A stretch of 64,000 nt of DNA from Treponema sp. (GTDB lineage Bacteria > Spirochaetota > Spirochaetia > Treponematales > Treponemataceae): contig JAZUKJ010000119.1 of NCBI GenBank assembly GCA_045643225.1, positions 31,927-95,926 of the forward strand, given 5' to 3'. The notes under the pieces were generated by a model. That model was not told the DNA's origin. It did not search any database and was given only the letters and a program-made list of their open reading frames with translations. Below, in pieces: positions 47,332-58,993 of the stretch. The position numbers were made by a program, and so were the translations under genes. The first letter of the stretch is position 1, and the number at the start of each line of letters is the position of its first letter.

Positions 47332-48108
47332 ATGCATTTAATTTTTATACGACACGGGGATCCTGATTACGCCAACAACACCTTGACCGAAAAGGGCTGG
47401 AGGGAAGCAGATCTTCTTGCACCAAGGGTTGCCAAATGGAAAATTGATGGACTTTATGTTTCTCCATACGGCCGCGCCCAGGATACCGCGAAACCTTTCC
47501 TGAACAAAATCAATGTGCTTCCGGAAACCTTGCCCTGGCTGCAGGAATTTGATTATAAAATCAAGGACCCGCGTACAGGAAAAAAGCGTGGCTGCTGGGA
47601 CTGGATGCCGCAGGACTATTACAATGAAAAACGCTTTTTCGATAGAAACGATTGGCTAAAGACGAAGGCCATGAAGTCCAGCGACATCAGGGATAAATTC
47701 CAGCAGGTCAGGGACGGCCTTGATTCTGTTTTGGAACAGTTCGATTACACCCGACAGTCCGCCGATGTTCCAATCTATAATTGTCTTCCACATTTGACGC
47801 AGGAGGAAGCGGGAGTCGATACTCATCTGGATGCCTTTCAGAAAAATCTGGACGACAGGAATCTGGTTTTCGTTTGCCACCTGGGAGTAATGTTCGCCGC
47901 CATAAGTCATTTGGTGGGATGTTCCCCTCTGCAGCTGTGGCAGGGATTTTTCGTGGCCCCCACATCGGTTACGGTGCTTGGGGCGGAGGAAAGGGTTCCC
48001 GGGGAAGTGGTTTTTAGGGTCCAGCAGATGGGGGATGTTCGTCACCTGATTGAAGGCGGCGAAGGAGTTTCCGCGTCAGGATTTTTTGGTAATTTTACGG
48101 AGTTTTGA
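47332..48108 (+). CDS. Histidine phosphatase family protein
   Basis: FIRHGDPDY (RHG), SPYGRAQDTA, FVCHLG. Confidence 0.88.
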   Translation: MHLIFIRHGDPDYANNTLTEKGWREADLLAPRVAKWKIDGLYVSPYGRAQDTAKPFLNKINVLPETLPWLQEFDYKIKDPRTGKKRGCWDWMPQDYYNEKRFFDRNDWLKTKAMKSSDIRDKFQQVRDGLDSVLEQFDYTRQSADVPIYNCLPHLTQEEAGVDTHLDAFQKNLDDRNLVFVCHLGVMFAAISHLVGCSPLQLWQGFFVAPTSVTVLGAEERVPGEVVFRVQQMGDVRHLIEGGEGVSASGFFGNFTEF

Positions 48109-48152
48109 TCCGCGCCGGCGGGGTATCATTCATTTTAGGCGGAGGATAGGTT

Positions 48153-50591
48153 ATGGGTGACAGGATTTCTATAAACAACGGCTGGTGGTTTTCGCCTTCC
48201 TTTGATGAAAAAAATATTGGCGTCCCTTCCGTTGGGGGCATGGAGCAGATTCGCATTCCGCATTCCGTTGCGGAGACTCCCTTCAATTCCTTTTCACCTA
48301 AGCTTTATGAAAAACTGAGCCTGTATAAAAAAAAGTTTTTGACCGAAAAAATCTGGTCAGATAAAAAAGTCTTTCTGACAGTGGGTGCCGCCGCCCATTA
48401 TGCAAAGGTCTATTTGAACGGCGCTTTCATTGGTGAACACCGGTGCGGTTATACTTCCTTTACATTTGAACTGACGGAAAAACTTTTGCCTCCCGGAAAT
48501 GAAAATGTTCTGGACATTGTTTTGGACAGCAGAGAGGATTCCGCGGATTTAAAAAATATTCCTCCCTTTGGAAATAGGATAGACTACATGACCTACGGTG
48601 GAATCTACAGGGAAGTGTGCCTTGAAATCAGGAACCCTGTTTACATTGAGGATGTGTTTGTCTCCACCAAAAAGAATAGGTTCAATTCAAGGTTGACGGT
48701 AGCCGGGCTGGAAAACAGGAAAGGGTATTACATTAAGCAGTCCGCTTTTCCATCTGCAAATGCACCTGTTCCTGTTGGCGCCAATAAAGATGAGCCCTGC
48801 TTTGAAATAACGACTGGAGTTGGCGGAAAAACCGTTCTGACCTCCGCGGTGGCAAGTGGCATTGGGCTTTGGACTTTGGAGGTACCGGCCCTTTATTTGC
48901 TGAAGACAGTCCTGTATGACGGAAACGATTTGGAAGTGGACAGTGTTGAAACCCGTTTTGGTTTTAGGGATATCCGTTTTGACAGGACCGGCTTCTATTT
49001 GAACGAAAAGAAAATAAAACTCAGGGGCCTGAACCGTCATCAAAGTTTTCCATACGTCGGATACGCAATGCCAAGGAACATGCAGATAGAGGATGCGGAT
49101 ATTCTGAAGTACGAGCTGGGACTCAATGAGGTCCGCACTTCCCATTATCCTCAGAGCCAGCATTTTGTGGACCGGTGCGATGAAATAGGGCTTCTGGTTT
49201 TTACGGAAATACCGGGATGGCAGCATATTGGTAATGGGGAATGGAAAAATCAGGCAATCCAGAATGTCAGGGACATGGTGGTGCAGTACAGAAACCATCC
49301 GTCGGTTTTTATGTGGGGAGTCAGAATCAATGAGTCAGCGGACGATGATGAATTTTACGAAAGAACAAACCAGGCCGCAAAGGAGCTGGACAGCACCCGG
49401 CCTACTGCCGGTGTCCGTTGCATAAAGTGGAGCCACTTTTTTGAGGATGTCTATACCTATAACGACTTTAGCCATACCGGAAAAAATCCGGGGGTGGAAA
49501 GTAAAAGTATGGTCACAAAATCTGCCGGGGGATATATGGTCACTGAATACAACGGCCACATGTTTCCCACAAAAAGTTTTGATGACGAAAGCCACAGGAC
49601 GGAACACGCAATCCGTCATGCCAATGTCCTGGACGCGGTGGCCGGCAATGATGATATAGCTGGTTCCAGTGGCTGGTGCGCCTTCGATTACAATACCCAC
49701 GGCGATTTTGGTAGTGGCGACTATGTCTGCTATCATGGGGTCATGGACCAGTTCAGGAATCCCAAACTGGCGGCGGATGTTTACAGGTGCCAGGAGGAAC
49801 CTTCTGTTGTTGGTGATGTCCTGACCGTCACTTCCTCTATGGATATTGGAGAATATCCGGGGGGATGCAAGGGACCTGTCTATATTTTTACCAACGCCGA
49901 TTCCGTAAAGATGTATGTGGACGGGGTTTTCATAAAGGAATACAGGACCTCCGGGTCAGAATTCAAATATCTTAGGCACGGTCCGATTCTGGTGGACGAC
50001 TGCATTGGAAACCGTCTTGTGGATGAGGAAGGATTCGGTACCGGCGTAAGTAAAAAAATAAAAAAAATAATATCCGCCGCCCAGAGGTATGGTCTGGACA
50101 GGATGCCTCTTAAATACAGGCTCGCCGCTATGGAACTGTTTTTGTTCCATGGAATGAAGTTTGATGATCTGGTTCAGATTTATGGAAAATATATTGGAAA
50201 CTGGGGCGGGACTGCCGGTTCCTGGAAATTCGAGGCCATAAAAAATGGTAGGGCCGTAAAAACTGTTGCCCGCTGCCCAGGGGAAAATGCGGAACTATGT
50301 TTAACGGTGGGAAGGACAAGGCTTGTTGAATCGGAAACCTATGATGTCTGCGGCATAAGATTTTCCGCTGTTGATAAAAACGGAAATGTTCAGCCATATT
50401 TTCAGGAAGCCGTCTCATTGAAATGTGAAGGCTGCGTCTCCTTGATTGGACCAGGGGCCGTCAGTCTCAAAGGCGGAATGGCTGGTTGCTATGTAAAGAG
50501 CAACGGTTCCCTGGGGGCCGGAAGATTGTTGATAACTGACTGGAACGGAAAGGAAACCGCCGTCGAATTTGAGGTGGTCCAGGAATCCTGA
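48153..50591 (+). CDS. GH2 beta-galactosidase-like glycoside hydrolase
   Basis: [57 protein letters not shown]. Confidence 0.92.
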   Translation: MGDRISINNGWWFSPSFDEKNIGVPSVGGMEQIRIPHSVAETPFNSFSPKLYEKLSLYKKKFLTEKIWSDKKVFLTVGAAAHYAKVYLNGAFIGEHRCGYTSFTFELTEKLLPPGNENVLDIVLDSREDSADLKNIPPFGNRIDYMTYGGIYREVCLEIRNPVYIEDVFVSTKKNRFNSRLTVAGLENRKGYYIKQSAFPSANAPVPVGANKDEPCFEITTGVGGKTVLTSAVASGIGLWTLEVPALYLLKTVLYDGNDLEVDSVETRFGFRDIRFDRTGFYLNEKKIKLRGLNRHQSFPYVGYAMPRNMQIEDADILKYELGLNEVRTSHYPQSQHFVDRCDEIGLLVFTEIPGWQHIGNGEWKNQAIQNVRDMVVQYRNHPSVFMWGVRINESADDDEFYERTNQAAKELDSTRPTAGVRCIKWSHFFEDVYTYNDFSHTGKNPGVESKSMVTKSAGGYMVTEYNGHMFPTKSFDDESHRTEHAIRHANVLDAVAGNDDIAGSSGWCAFDYNTHGDFGSGDYVCYHGVMDQFRNPKLAADVYRCQEEPSVVGDVLTVTSSMDIGEYPGGCKGPVYIFTNADSVKMYVDGVFIKEYRTSGSEFKYLRHGPILVDDCIGNRLVDEEGFGTGVSKKIKKIISAAQRYGLDRMPLKYRLAAMELFLFHGMKFDDLVQIYGKYIGNWGGTAGSWKFEAIKNGRAVKTVARCPGENAELCLTVGRTRLVESETYDVCGIRFSAVDKNGNVQPYFQEAVSLKCEGCVSLIGPGAVSLKGGMAGCYVKSNGSLGAGRLLITDWNGKETAVEFEVVQES

Positions 50592-50660
50592 TTTTTTGTC
50601 CGTCGCCGATTGTCTTTCCGTGGTTCCATAATTTGTAAATTTGCATTATTATAACCTATC

Positions 50661-53636
50661 ATGAAAGCAGCAGAATCAAAGGGACCTATTTTTCCTGTAA
50701 CGGTGGAAGATAAAATAACTATCCAGGGTGCACGTGAGCACAATCTTAAAAACATAAGCGTGGAGCTGCCCCGCAACAAATTGGTTGTTGTAAGTGGTCT
50801 TAGCGGCAGCGGAAAATCATCCTTGGCTTTTGATACTCTTTTTGCGGAAGGCCAGAGACGTTATATGGAAAGCCTGTCCAGCTATGCCCGCCAGTTTCTT
50901 GGTAGGATGGACAAGCCTGATGTTGACCTGATTACCGGCCTTTCTCCTGCAATTTCCATTGAGCAAAAAACGACACACAAAAATCCTCGCTCAACTGTCG
51001 GAACCGTCACCGAGATATACGATTATTACCGCCTGCTTTTTGCCCGTATCGGAAAGGCTCATTGTCCAAACTGTGGTCAGGAAATCAATGAGCAGTCCGT
51101 GGACCAAATCATTTCCACCGTCATGGGCTGGAACGAGGGCACAAAACTTACGATTCTTTCTCCAATCATCCGTGGAAAAAAAGGTGAACACCAGAAGATT
51201 CTGGACGACGCAAAGAAATCTGGATTTGTCCGCGCCAGAATTGATGGACTCATGGTGGAGCTGGAGGATTCAATAAAACTTGACAAGCAAAAAAAGCACA
51301 CAATAGAAATCGTTGTCGATAGAATCGTTCTTCGCGGCGATATCCGTAAGCGCCTTGCCGATTCAGTGGAGACCGCGCTTAAAAGTTCCAACGGAATCAT
51401 GGTTGCGCTGCGCCGGGTGAACAAGGATGACGAAGCCTATGCCTCTGTTGTGGAGCAGCTGGACCAAAAAGGAACGCCCTATGACAGGAACGCGGACTAT
51501 ATTGAACAGGAAGTCTTTTTTAGTCAGAAGAATGCTTGTCCTGAATGTGGAATCTCAATCCCTGAACTTCAGCCGAGGCTGTTCAGTTTCAACAATCCGT
51601 TCGGAGCCTGTCCTGAGTGTACCGGACTTGGCGAAAAGCTTGAGTGGGATGAAAAACTGATTGTCCCTGATATGGACCTGTCATTCAATGAGGGGGCCAT
51701 AACTTTCTATAATCCGGAAAGCGAATGGAACCATGCCATGTTCTCTGCCATAGCCCAGGAAGGTGGATTTTCTCTGGACACGCCCCTCAGTTCCCTTACC
51801 AAAAAACAGTATGACTATTTATGGAACGGCGACGAATCCAGGGTGCTTAACTGGACCTACAGGAAGCAGAGCGGCGAAGGTTACAGCGATTACAAACGGC
51901 CCTGGCTTGGTGTCTTGACGGACATGAAGCGCCGTTATTCCGAGGCCTGGGGAGATGCCCAAAGGGAGCGCATGGAAGAAAAATACATGTCCCACTGTAC
52001 CTGTCAAAGCTGCAGGGGAAAACGTCTTAGGGCCGAAGCGTTGTGCGTTACCGTTGGAGGAAAAAATATTTGGGATTTGACAGAGCTTTCCGTACTTGAG
52101 ACAATAGATTTCTTCAAGAAAATAAAATTCACGGAAACAGAAAAGAAGATTGCATCCCAGATATTAAAGGAGATAAATGCCCGTCTCAGTTTCCTTAAAA
52201 ATGTTGGCCTGGAATATTTGACTCTCCAGCGTTCCGCCGCAACCTTGTCCGGAGGCGAAGCCCAGCGCATTCGTCTTTCGACCCAAATCGGTTCCGGGCT
52301 TACCGGTGTCATGTATATTCTCGACGAACCTTCTATTGGCTTGCATCAAAGGGACAACCAGCGTTTGATTGACAGCCTTACTTATCTGAGGGACCTGGGA
52401 AATACTGTCATTGTTGTTGAGCATGACGAACAGACGCTCCGTACCGCCGACTGGCTTATAGATATTGGTCCTGGGGCAGGGGTTCATGGTGGCAGCATAA
52501 TGGCTTCCGGAACTCCGGAACAGGTCATGACTGTGAAAGATTCAATTACCGGTAGATATCTTGCGGGAAAAATCCGTATGCCGGTTCCTGAAAAGCGGCG
52601 TGCCGGCAATGGAAATTTTATTTCAATCGACGGTGTCTCGGAACATAACCTGAAGAATATTTCCGCAAGGATTCCTCTTGGAACTTTCACCTGTATCACG
52701 GGGGTGTCCGGTAGTGGAAAATCGACTTTGCTTAACGACGTTCTTTATCCTGCCATATCCAATAAAATCATGCGCACAGAGTATCCTGTTGGCGAATATA
52801 AAAAGATTGGTGGCCTTGAGGAAATAGACAAGGTTATAAATATTGACCAGAGTCCAATCGGCCGTACCCCCCGGTCAAATCCTGTCACCTATATCGGGGT
52901 CTTTGACAAGATAAGGGAACTTTTTGCTTCCCTGCCAGAGTCAAAGGCCAGTGGATATAAGGGTGGACGTTTTTCATTTAACGTGAAGGGCGGGCGCTGT
53001 GAAAATTGTCAGGGAGCTGGAACCATTACGATTGAAATGAATTTCCTTCCCGACGTGTTCATCCAGTGCGATGTCTGTCATGGAAAAAGATTTAACCAGG
53101 AGACCCTGTCCGTTTTGTACAAGGGAAAATCAATAAGCGATGTCCTGAACATGACTGTGGAGGAATCCTGCGACTTCTTTGAGGGAATCCCGCATATATA
53201 CAAAAAACTTAGAACCCTTAAGGACGTAGGGCTTGGATATATTCAGCTTGGCCAGAATGCCTTGACCTTGAGTGGTGGCGAGGCCCAGCGTGTAAAGCTT
53301 GCCACTGAACTTGCCCGTCCGTCCACAGGAAAGACCCTTTATATTTTGGATGAACCAACCACTGGACTTCATTTTGTTGATATAAAACAGCTTATGGAGG
53401 TTATCCAGAAACTGGTGGACAAAGGAAATTCCGTTGTGATGATTGAACACAATATGGATGTAATCTGTCAGGCGGACTATATCATTGACCTTGGTCCTGA
53501 AGGTGGATGCAATGGCGGTACGGTTATTGCCACCGGAACTCCGGAAGAGGTTGCAAAAAATCCGAAAAGCTACACTGGAAAATTTGTTGATGAAATGCTG
53601 ACTCGCGAAAGGGAACGGGATTGCTGTGATAGGTAG
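50661..53636 (+). CDS. uvrA: Excinuclease ABC subunit A
   Basis: [22 protein letters not shown], two ABC cassettes, CxxC Zn fingers, LSGGEAQR twice. Confidence 0.98.
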   Translation: MKAAESKGPIFPVTVEDKITIQGAREHNLKNISVELPRNKLVVVSGLSGSGKSSLAFDTLFAEGQRRYMESLSSYARQFLGRMDKPDVDLITGLSPAISIEQKTTHKNPRSTVGTVTEIYDYYRLLFARIGKAHCPNCGQEINEQSVDQIISTVMGWNEGTKLTILSPIIRGKKGEHQKILDDAKKSGFVRARIDGLMVELEDSIKLDKQKKHTIEIVVDRIVLRGDIRKRLADSVETALKSSNGIMVALRRVNKDDEAYASVVEQLDQKGTPYDRNADYIEQEVFFSQKNACPECGISIPELQPRLFSFNNPFGACPECTGLGEKLEWDEKLIVPDMDLSFNEGAITFYNPESEWNHAMFSAIAQEGGFSLDTPLSSLTKKQYDYLWNGDESRVLNWTYRKQSGEGYSDYKRPWLGVLTDMKRRYSEAWGDAQRERMEEKYMSHCTCQSCRGKRLRAEALCVTVGGKNIWDLTELSVLETIDFFKKIKFTETEKKIASQILKEINARLSFLKNVGLEYLTLQRSAATLSGGEAQRIRLSTQIGSGLTGVMYILDEPSIGLHQRDNQRLIDSLTYLRDLGNTVIVVEHDEQTLRTADWLIDIGPGAGVHGGSIMASGTPEQVMTVKDSITGRYLAGKIRMPVPEKRRAGNGNFISIDGVSEHNLKNISARIPLGTFTCITGVSGSGKSTLLNDVLYPAISNKIMRTEYPVGEYKKIGGLEEIDKVINIDQSPIGRTPRSNPVTYIGVFDKIRELFASLPESKASGYKGGRFSFNVKGGRCENCQGAGTITIEMNFLPDVFIQCDVCHGKRFNQETLSVLYKGKSISDVLNMTVEESCDFFEGIPHIYKKLRTLKDVGLGYIQLGQNALTLSGGEAQRVKLATELARPSTGKTLYILDEPTTGLHFVDIKQLMEVIQKLVDKGNSVVMIEHNMDVICQADYIIDLGPEGGCNGGTVIATGTPEEVAKNPKSYTGKFVDEMLTRERERDCCDR

Positions 53637-56600
53637 AGAAAAGATTTCCGGCGGCCTGCATTTTCTCAAAACGTTTTACCGTTTGCACAAAAAGAACAGC
53701 CTTGTTTTTCTTGCCGTGATTATGATGGTCTTGAATGGAGGGCTGCTTTTTGCGGAGGACGGGATATCTGTAATAAAAATAGAGAACGCCCAGAAGACGG
53801 AATATAAAAAAAATGAGGAGACCGGCGATGACGAGATAGTGCTGACCGGAGCCGTCGCAATTTCCGTTACGAAAGGAAATACGGCTACTTCCATTACCGC
53901 GTCCCAGATTGTTTTCAACCGCACCACGAACATGGTCTACGCCAACGGAGCCGTAACCTTGAAACAGACCGGCGGTTCCGAGGGGACTCAGGATATTTCC
54001 GCGGAGACTTTGCTTTTTAATACGGAAACCCTGGAAGGAATCTTTGACAATGGAAAAGCCATACAAGCTTCAAGCGATGCCATAAATCTTCCTTCCGGTT
54101 CAAAAATATTTGTCTCATCGGAAATCTTCGGAAGGGATGCCTCTGAAACGATTGTATTTAAAAATGCTACAATGACATTCTGTGATGAAGAGAATCCCCA
54201 TTGGAAAATATGGGCATCAAAAATATGGCTTTTGCCGGGCGGTGAGTTTGCGTTTTTGAATGCGGTCCTATATGTTGGACATGTTCCGGTCATGTATCTT
54301 CCTGCCTTTTATTATCCAAAGGATGAACTCATATTCAATCCTTCATTCGGATACGATGTCCGCAAGGGATATTATTTTAATTCAACAACATACCTGATTG
54401 GCCGTAAGCCGCTCGATACATCATCGTCGGGTGACGGCAATGAGGATATGGGCGAAGCGATTTTCAATTTCATGAAACCCACTTCGCTGAAGGAACAGCA
54501 GCGCGAAGGATTGGTTCTTCATAACCTTGGAACGGACTACACGGGTGATACATCGACCTATCTGAAAATCATGGCGGATTATTATACCAACCTTGGAGGT
54601 ATGGTCGGTATTGATGGTTCCGCTAAGCCTTCCGAGTATATTACATCCGTTGGCGGATACTTAAGCCTGGGATTTTCTAGGACACTTTTTTATGATAATA
54701 CGACTTCCTCATATCTTCCATACTCTTCCAGCGGAAAGATGTATAATGATTCCTCCGATTTTATGGGACTAAAACTTCCGTTCAGGTACGGAGGCGCTCT
54801 AAATTTTGTCCTCTCAAAGCCGTTTTCATTTAGACTTTCCATGCCGTTTTATTCGGACCCATTTTTCAATGATGATTTTGGTCACAGGTCTGAATATATG
54901 GACTGGATTGGTTTCATGACCAGCTCCAGCAAAAAGGATGATGTTTCCTCTAGCACAATATCATCGTTCACATGGGACGGTTCCGCTTCATATAATCTTA
55001 CGGTACCGAAAGTGTTGAAGCCATATATAGATGCGGTATCTATTTCCGCTGACTCATCCCTGGTTTTCAGTTCAATGTCGGCCACATCCCTTTCTTCTTC
55101 GGACAACTGGAGGTCCTATACCCCGCAAAGGTTGTTCTATTATCCGTCCCAGATTACTCCATTCAAATTCAATGGAAGAATCAGCGGAACCATCTTTTCC
55201 TATCCTCCAGTTGCACAGGAATCCGAGTCAACGGTCAAACCCGATTTTGAAATACCGATGGAAGTGCCAGCGGAATTCAGGACCGATGAAGACGACTCAA
55301 GAAACTCGGGATCCCAGGCCGAGAGAAATTCGGGAAAGGAATCGTCTGCAGGTGCAACGGTCTTAAATGAGGCGGATTTACCAAAGCTTGAATACAGCCT
55401 GCCGTCGTCCATCGAAAACCTTAGGGGACTTGAAGTGAATGTCGGATATTCGGTCAATCCTCAGTTCACGACACAGTTGAACTACAATCCTGTGGGCTTG
55501 ACCTGTGCCGAAGATTTTAAATGGGATAGGATACAGTCCTCCTATTATCAGATAAAAGTTCCGGCCACCATTACCGGAAGACTTTCGTATCGCGGAGATT
55601 TCCTGTCCCTCAACACAAGTCTGAATTTTGACCCGCAGTATCAGAACCATCCTAACCTGGACGGCTATGCTGCTGCATCCGCGGAATCAATCAGGAAAAC
55701 GGATTACGACGCTTTTAATATGGACCTTTCGGAAAATACTTCCGTCTCGTTTAAGCCTTTCATCTATAATTCGGTATTCAAAAATACGTCTATCTCATGG
55801 AGCAACACGGCTAAACTTTTGCGGACAAGATTTTTAGGTGACGTCAACAATCCTGAATGGGAATACCTTGGGCTGGATGTAACGAATGATGAAAGTGTTT
55901 CCGCCCATTCCCTTTCAGCAACTGTTTCGGCTATTGAGGAATCCAATTTTTCTCAGACCCTTACCTTGACTTCAAACCTTCCTCCTCAAAACGAATACTA
56001 TTCCGCTACCGTCAATCTGGTGTTCCCTTATGTGACGGCTTCATTGTCCAGCGGAATATCAGGAGCGAAGGACGAGCGGGGTGAAAAGACATGGACAAAG
56101 GAACTCTTGAGGCAAAGCCTTACGGCGAATCTGTTTGCAGGAACCAGCAATGCTTTGACTTTTACTGAGTCCTTCAATTTTAACTGGGACACATGTACGG
56201 CTGACTCCCTGAAACTTTCCCTGAGCTGGCGAAACTTGATGCTGTCATTTGTGATGTCGACAACATACGACTATACCTTTGATCAATTGACCGGATGGAA
56301 TGTGGGCTCTGAAAAGAAGTTCCTTGTGGACAATGCCTCCTTAAGCTATTCATATTCCGGAAAATCTTTTGAATGGATGGACAGTAAAATAAAACTGACA
56401 CCATCCTTTAGTACGGCCCTTGTGTTTGACTGCATAAGACCCACGAACAGTTATTTCCGTTTTGCACCGGCACTTACCTTTAAGGTAAACAATGTCCTTG
56501 ATTTGTCGTTTTCATCTGAATCAAAGAATTCTGTCATATATAGATATGTCCAGGGAATCGCCAACAATGGTATCGAGATACCTGGCGAAACCAATCTGTT

Positions 56601-56898
56601 TGTTGATTTATTCAATTCCTTCGCCTTCTGGAGCGATGATAAATTTTTTGACCCGGATCAGGCCAAACGAAAGTCATCGGGATTTAAGTTGAAGAATCTA
56701 AAGGTCACGGCGACCCATGATTTGCATGACTGGGATCTTTCGGCAAGCTTCAGCATAAGTCCAAGACTTGTTACCGTCAGTGGGCGCAATCAATACAATT
56801 TTGATCCATACATCACATTGTCCGTTGCATGGCGTCCTATGTCCAGCTTGAAGGCTGAGGTTGTGGACAAATATGGTGAATGGGAATTGAACCCTTAA
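53626..56898 (+). CDS. lptD: LptD/OstA-like outer membrane protein
   Basis: Signal peptide; OstA-like jellyroll N-terminus (TFC..ENPHWKIWASKIW; PVMYLP.FYYP); long beta-rich C-terminus. Confidence 0.72.
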   Translation: MIGREKISGGLHFLKTFYRLHKKNSLVFLAVIMMVLNGGLLFAEDGISVIKIENAQKTEYKKNEETGDDEIVLTGAVAISVTKGNTATSITASQIVFNRTTNMVYANGAVTLKQTGGSEGTQDISAETLLFNTETLEGIFDNGKAIQASSDAINLPSGSKIFVSSEIFGRDASETIVFKNATMTFCDEENPHWKIWASKIWLLPGGEFAFLNAVLYVGHVPVMYLPAFYYPKDELIFNPSFGYDVRKGYYFNSTTYLIGRKPLDTSSSGDGNEDMGEAIFNFMKPTSLKEQQREGLVLHNLGTDYTGDTSTYLKIMADYYTNLGGMVGIDGSAKPSEYITSVGGYLSLGFSRTLFYDNTTSSYLPYSSSGKMYNDSSDFMGLKLPFRYGGALNFVLSKPFSFRLSMPFYSDPFFNDDFGHRSEYMDWIGFMTSSSKKDDVSSSTISSFTWDGSASYNLTVPKVLKPYIDAVSISADSSLVFSSMSATSLSSSDNWRSYTPQRLFYYPSQITPFKFNGRISGTIFSYPPVAQESESTVKPDFEIPMEVPAEFRTDEDDSRNSGSQAERNSGKESSAGATVLNEADLPKLEYSLPSSIENLRGLEVNVGYSVNPQFTTQLNYNPVGLTCAEDFKWDRIQSSYYQIKVPATITGRLSYRGDFLSLNTSLNFDPQYQNHPNLDGYAAASAESIRKTDYDAFNMDLSENTSVSFKPFIYNSVFKNTSISWSNTAKLLRTRFLGDVNNPEWEYLGLDVTNDESVSAHSLSATVSAIEESNFSQTLTLTSNLPPQNEYYSATVNLVFPYVTASLSSGISGAKDERGEKTWTKELLRQSLTANLFAGTSNALTFTESFNFNWDTCTADSLKLSLSWRNLMLSFVMSTTYDYTFDQLTGWNVGSEKKFLVDNASLSYSYSGKSFEWMDSKIKLTPSFSTALVFDCIRPTNSYFRFAPALTFKVNNVLDLSFSSESKNSVIYRYVQGIANNGIEIPGETNLFVDLFNSFAFWSDDKFFDPDQAKRKSSGFKLKNLKVTATHDLHDWDLSASFSISPRLVTVSGRNQYNFDPYITLSVAWRPMSSLKAEVVDKYGEWELNP

Positions 56899-56926
56899 AA
56901 AAACGGCCAAAATGGAATAAAAAAAT

Positions 56927-56955
56927 TTGCACTATAGGAAAAAAGATATTATATT
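56927..56955 (+). promoter_or_regulatory. sigma70 promoter ~140 nt upstream of the 57104 gene
   Basis: TTGCAC (56927-32), 17 nt, TATATT (56950-55). Confidence 0.6.
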
Positions 56956-57103
56956 TTAAATAGGATTTTTTCATTGCTGCGCTGACAGGAATCTATTGCC
57001 GGCAGAAAAGGTTCTGGTCTTTTATTTTAAAAGCACGTCCTATTTTATTGTGGATGTGCCCAAGAGAAATGACTTGGAAAGTGATTTATAGGAGGATGCT
57101 CTA

Positions 57104-57526
57104 ATGGCAGACAATAAGAATTTTGGTGACAGTGTTTTGCACTTCATTGACAAGGTTGCTGAATCAGGAAAAAAAGGATTCAAGGCTGCTGGTGAAGCCA
57201 TATCTGATTTTGGAGACAAGTCTGTTGTACGTATTGAACTGGGGCAGCTCAAGTCAAAGTTGACAAAGGCGCATTGCGATTTGGGAAAGCTGGTTTATGA
57301 AAAGCTTGAGATTCAAAAGCAGCAGCAGGTTTCCGCTGTCGATGATCTTCCTGTTGCCGAACTTATTGATGCCATAAGAAAAATAGAGGCCGACATAAAG
57401 AAACATGAAGAGGCCCTGGAGAACGCCAAAAAGAATAAAAAAACAGAAGAGAAAGAGAACGGAGCCACCGAAGCAAAGGAAGAAGATTCCATTGAGGCGG
57501 TGGTGTATCCAACTGAAGAGGACTAA
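57104..57526 (+). CDS. Conserved hypothetical coiled-coil protein
   Basis: AGGAGG SD; amphipathic helical sequence. Confidence 0.8.
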   Translation: MADNKNFGDSVLHFIDKVAESGKKGFKAAGEAISDFGDKSVVRIELGQLKSKLTKAHCDLGKLVYEKLEIQKQQQVSAVDDLPVAELIDAIRKIEADIKKHEEALENAKKNKKTEEKENGATEAKEEDSIEAVVYPTEED

Positions 57527-57538
57527 AACAAATCTGTT

Positions 57539-57572
57539 GGCATCTCTAGAAATTGCAAGTTTTAGAGATGCC
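57539..57572. repeat. Palindromic intergenic repeat, copy E
   Basis: GGCATCTCTA-GAAATTGCAAGTT-TAGAGATGCC(C). Confidence 0.85.
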
Positions 57573-57616
57573 CTTATATGTTTGTGTTGACTTTTCAGTG
57601 GAATGGGTGGAATGGA

Positions 57617-58093
57617 ATGAAAAAAATAATATTTAATGTTTTTTTATTGATGGCCCTGGTTTTTGTTTGTTCCTGCTCATCAATAAAATTTTCTGCGACG
57701 GCGCAATCGTATCCAGAATTTGTTTTTGGACAATACAATTTTTGTTCCGAAAGTGAAGTCGAAAAGTCAAATAAAAATCAGATTGCGCTTTATACTCACA
57801 ATGTTGGGACATGGCCGTTTGGCATTGAATATAACTCATTGGATTTTTTAATTGACAAAAATATCCACTGGTCTCGTCTTGATATAAAAAAGTTTTCAAT
57901 TGTTTTCGAGGGCAAGGAAATTGTCCTGATAAAAAATAAAATAATAAAAAATCGGGACAGACTTTATACCCACATAAAAGAATTTTCAACATCGGAAATA
58001 AGAAATGAAAAAAAATGCCAGGCAGAGCTGGTCTATAGATTTGATGACTCTGAATATAAAACAGAATTTTTTGATGTGGTTGCGTGGAATTAA
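57617..58093 (+). CDS. Orphan putative lipoprotein (visibly AT-rich)
   Basis: MKKIIFNVFLLMALVFVCSC signal/lipobox; no recognisable domain. Confidence 0.65.
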   Translation: MKKIIFNVFLLMALVFVCSCSSIKFSATAQSYPEFVFGQYNFCSESEVEKSNKNQIALYTHNVGTWPFGIEYNSLDFLIDKNIHWSRLDIKKFSIVFEGKEIVLIKNKIIKNRDRLYTHIKEFSTSEIRNEKKCQAELVYRFDDSEYKTEFFDVVAWN

Positions 58094-58150
58094 AATTGAA
58101 TTGAACGGTACGTTATTATTGGAGGTTCCCGTAATAACAAAAAATGAATT

Positions 58151-58195
58151 TTCAAGCGCAACTTGAATGACACGTTTTATTTTTTTTGATATATT
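58151..58195 (+). promoter_or_regulatory. sigma70 promoter with overlapping palindromic operator candidate
   Basis: TTCAAG-N5-CTTGAA (58151-67) abuts ATGACA (58167-72), 17 nt, TGa-TATATT (58190-95). Confidence 0.55.
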
Positions 58196-58289
58196 GTTAC
58201 CCATCGATACAAGAAATGCGTTTCCTTTTTGGGATTCACAGAAGTGGTGTCTGTCAGGCACTTTGTAATTTTTTTTAGGAGGAGCTGAA

Positions 58290-58508
58290 ATGAATACAGT
58301 TTCCGGCACAATTGAAACTTTTACATTCCTATCAACACTGCAGCTTCCTCTTGAAAGAGGGCTGTCCCTTGGATTCTATTTTGAATACGGACAGGAAACC
58401 TGTTCTGAATACGGAATGGAAAAATTACAGAGTTTGTCTGGTGGGCAGGAAGAAATGGATCCGGTCACTTTGGTAGAAATCAGAAAAAGGCGACGCGTTA
58501 TAGCCTGA
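58290..58508 (+). CDS. Small protein (72 aa) upstream of the XRE regulator
   Basis: Strong AGGAGG SD; C-terminus DPVTLVEIRKRRRVIA. Confidence 0.6.
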   Translation: MNTVSGTIETFTFLSTLQLPLERGLSLGFYFEYGQETCSEYGMEKLQSLSGGQEEMDPVTLVEIRKRRRVIA

Positions 58509-58553
58509 GAATCTAAAATTACACACGCGTTGTCTTAAAAAAAGGAGAAACGT

Positions 58554-58829
58554 ATGTGTAAAATTAATAAACCAGTCATTGATATGGTGGCCACTGCCGC
58601 CAAGTTAAAATCCTGCAGAATAAAAAGCGGCCTGTCAGTAAAGCAGGTCCAGTCAGTTTTCAATTTTTCATCTCCAAACGCAATCTACAATTGGGAATCC
58701 GGAAAAGATATCCCTTCGATTGACAATCTTGTTGTCGTATCAGCGATCTATGGTGTGGAGCTTGACGAACTTATTGTCACACGAACGGTGGAAATTGAAT
58801 GCGAACTGATGGAAACTAAATCAGCCTAA
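58554..58829 (+). CDS. XRE family HTH transcriptional regulator
   Basis: LKSCRIKSGLSVKQV...AIYNWESGKDIPSIDNLVVVSAIYGVELDEL; AGGAG SD. Confidence 0.92.
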   Translation: MCKINKPVIDMVATAAKLKSCRIKSGLSVKQVQSVFNFSSPNAIYNWESGKDIPSIDNLVVVSAIYGVELDELIVTRTVEIECELMETKSA

Positions 58830-58993
58830 AAAAAATCATTCAATTTGGCGTCGATTAAAAATACTCCGGACGCCAATCCCAAAATAATATTGCACCTGGA
58901 TTGTAAAATAATTGTTTGGAATGAAAAGACATAAATTATGAGAACGGCGATGCCTTGGACGTTCTGTATCAGGGGTCGCCATTGGAGAAAAAA

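Noticed and set aside
58840-58900. sigma54 promoter for rtcB
   Set aside because: TGGCG is present but there is no TTGC at the -12 spacing
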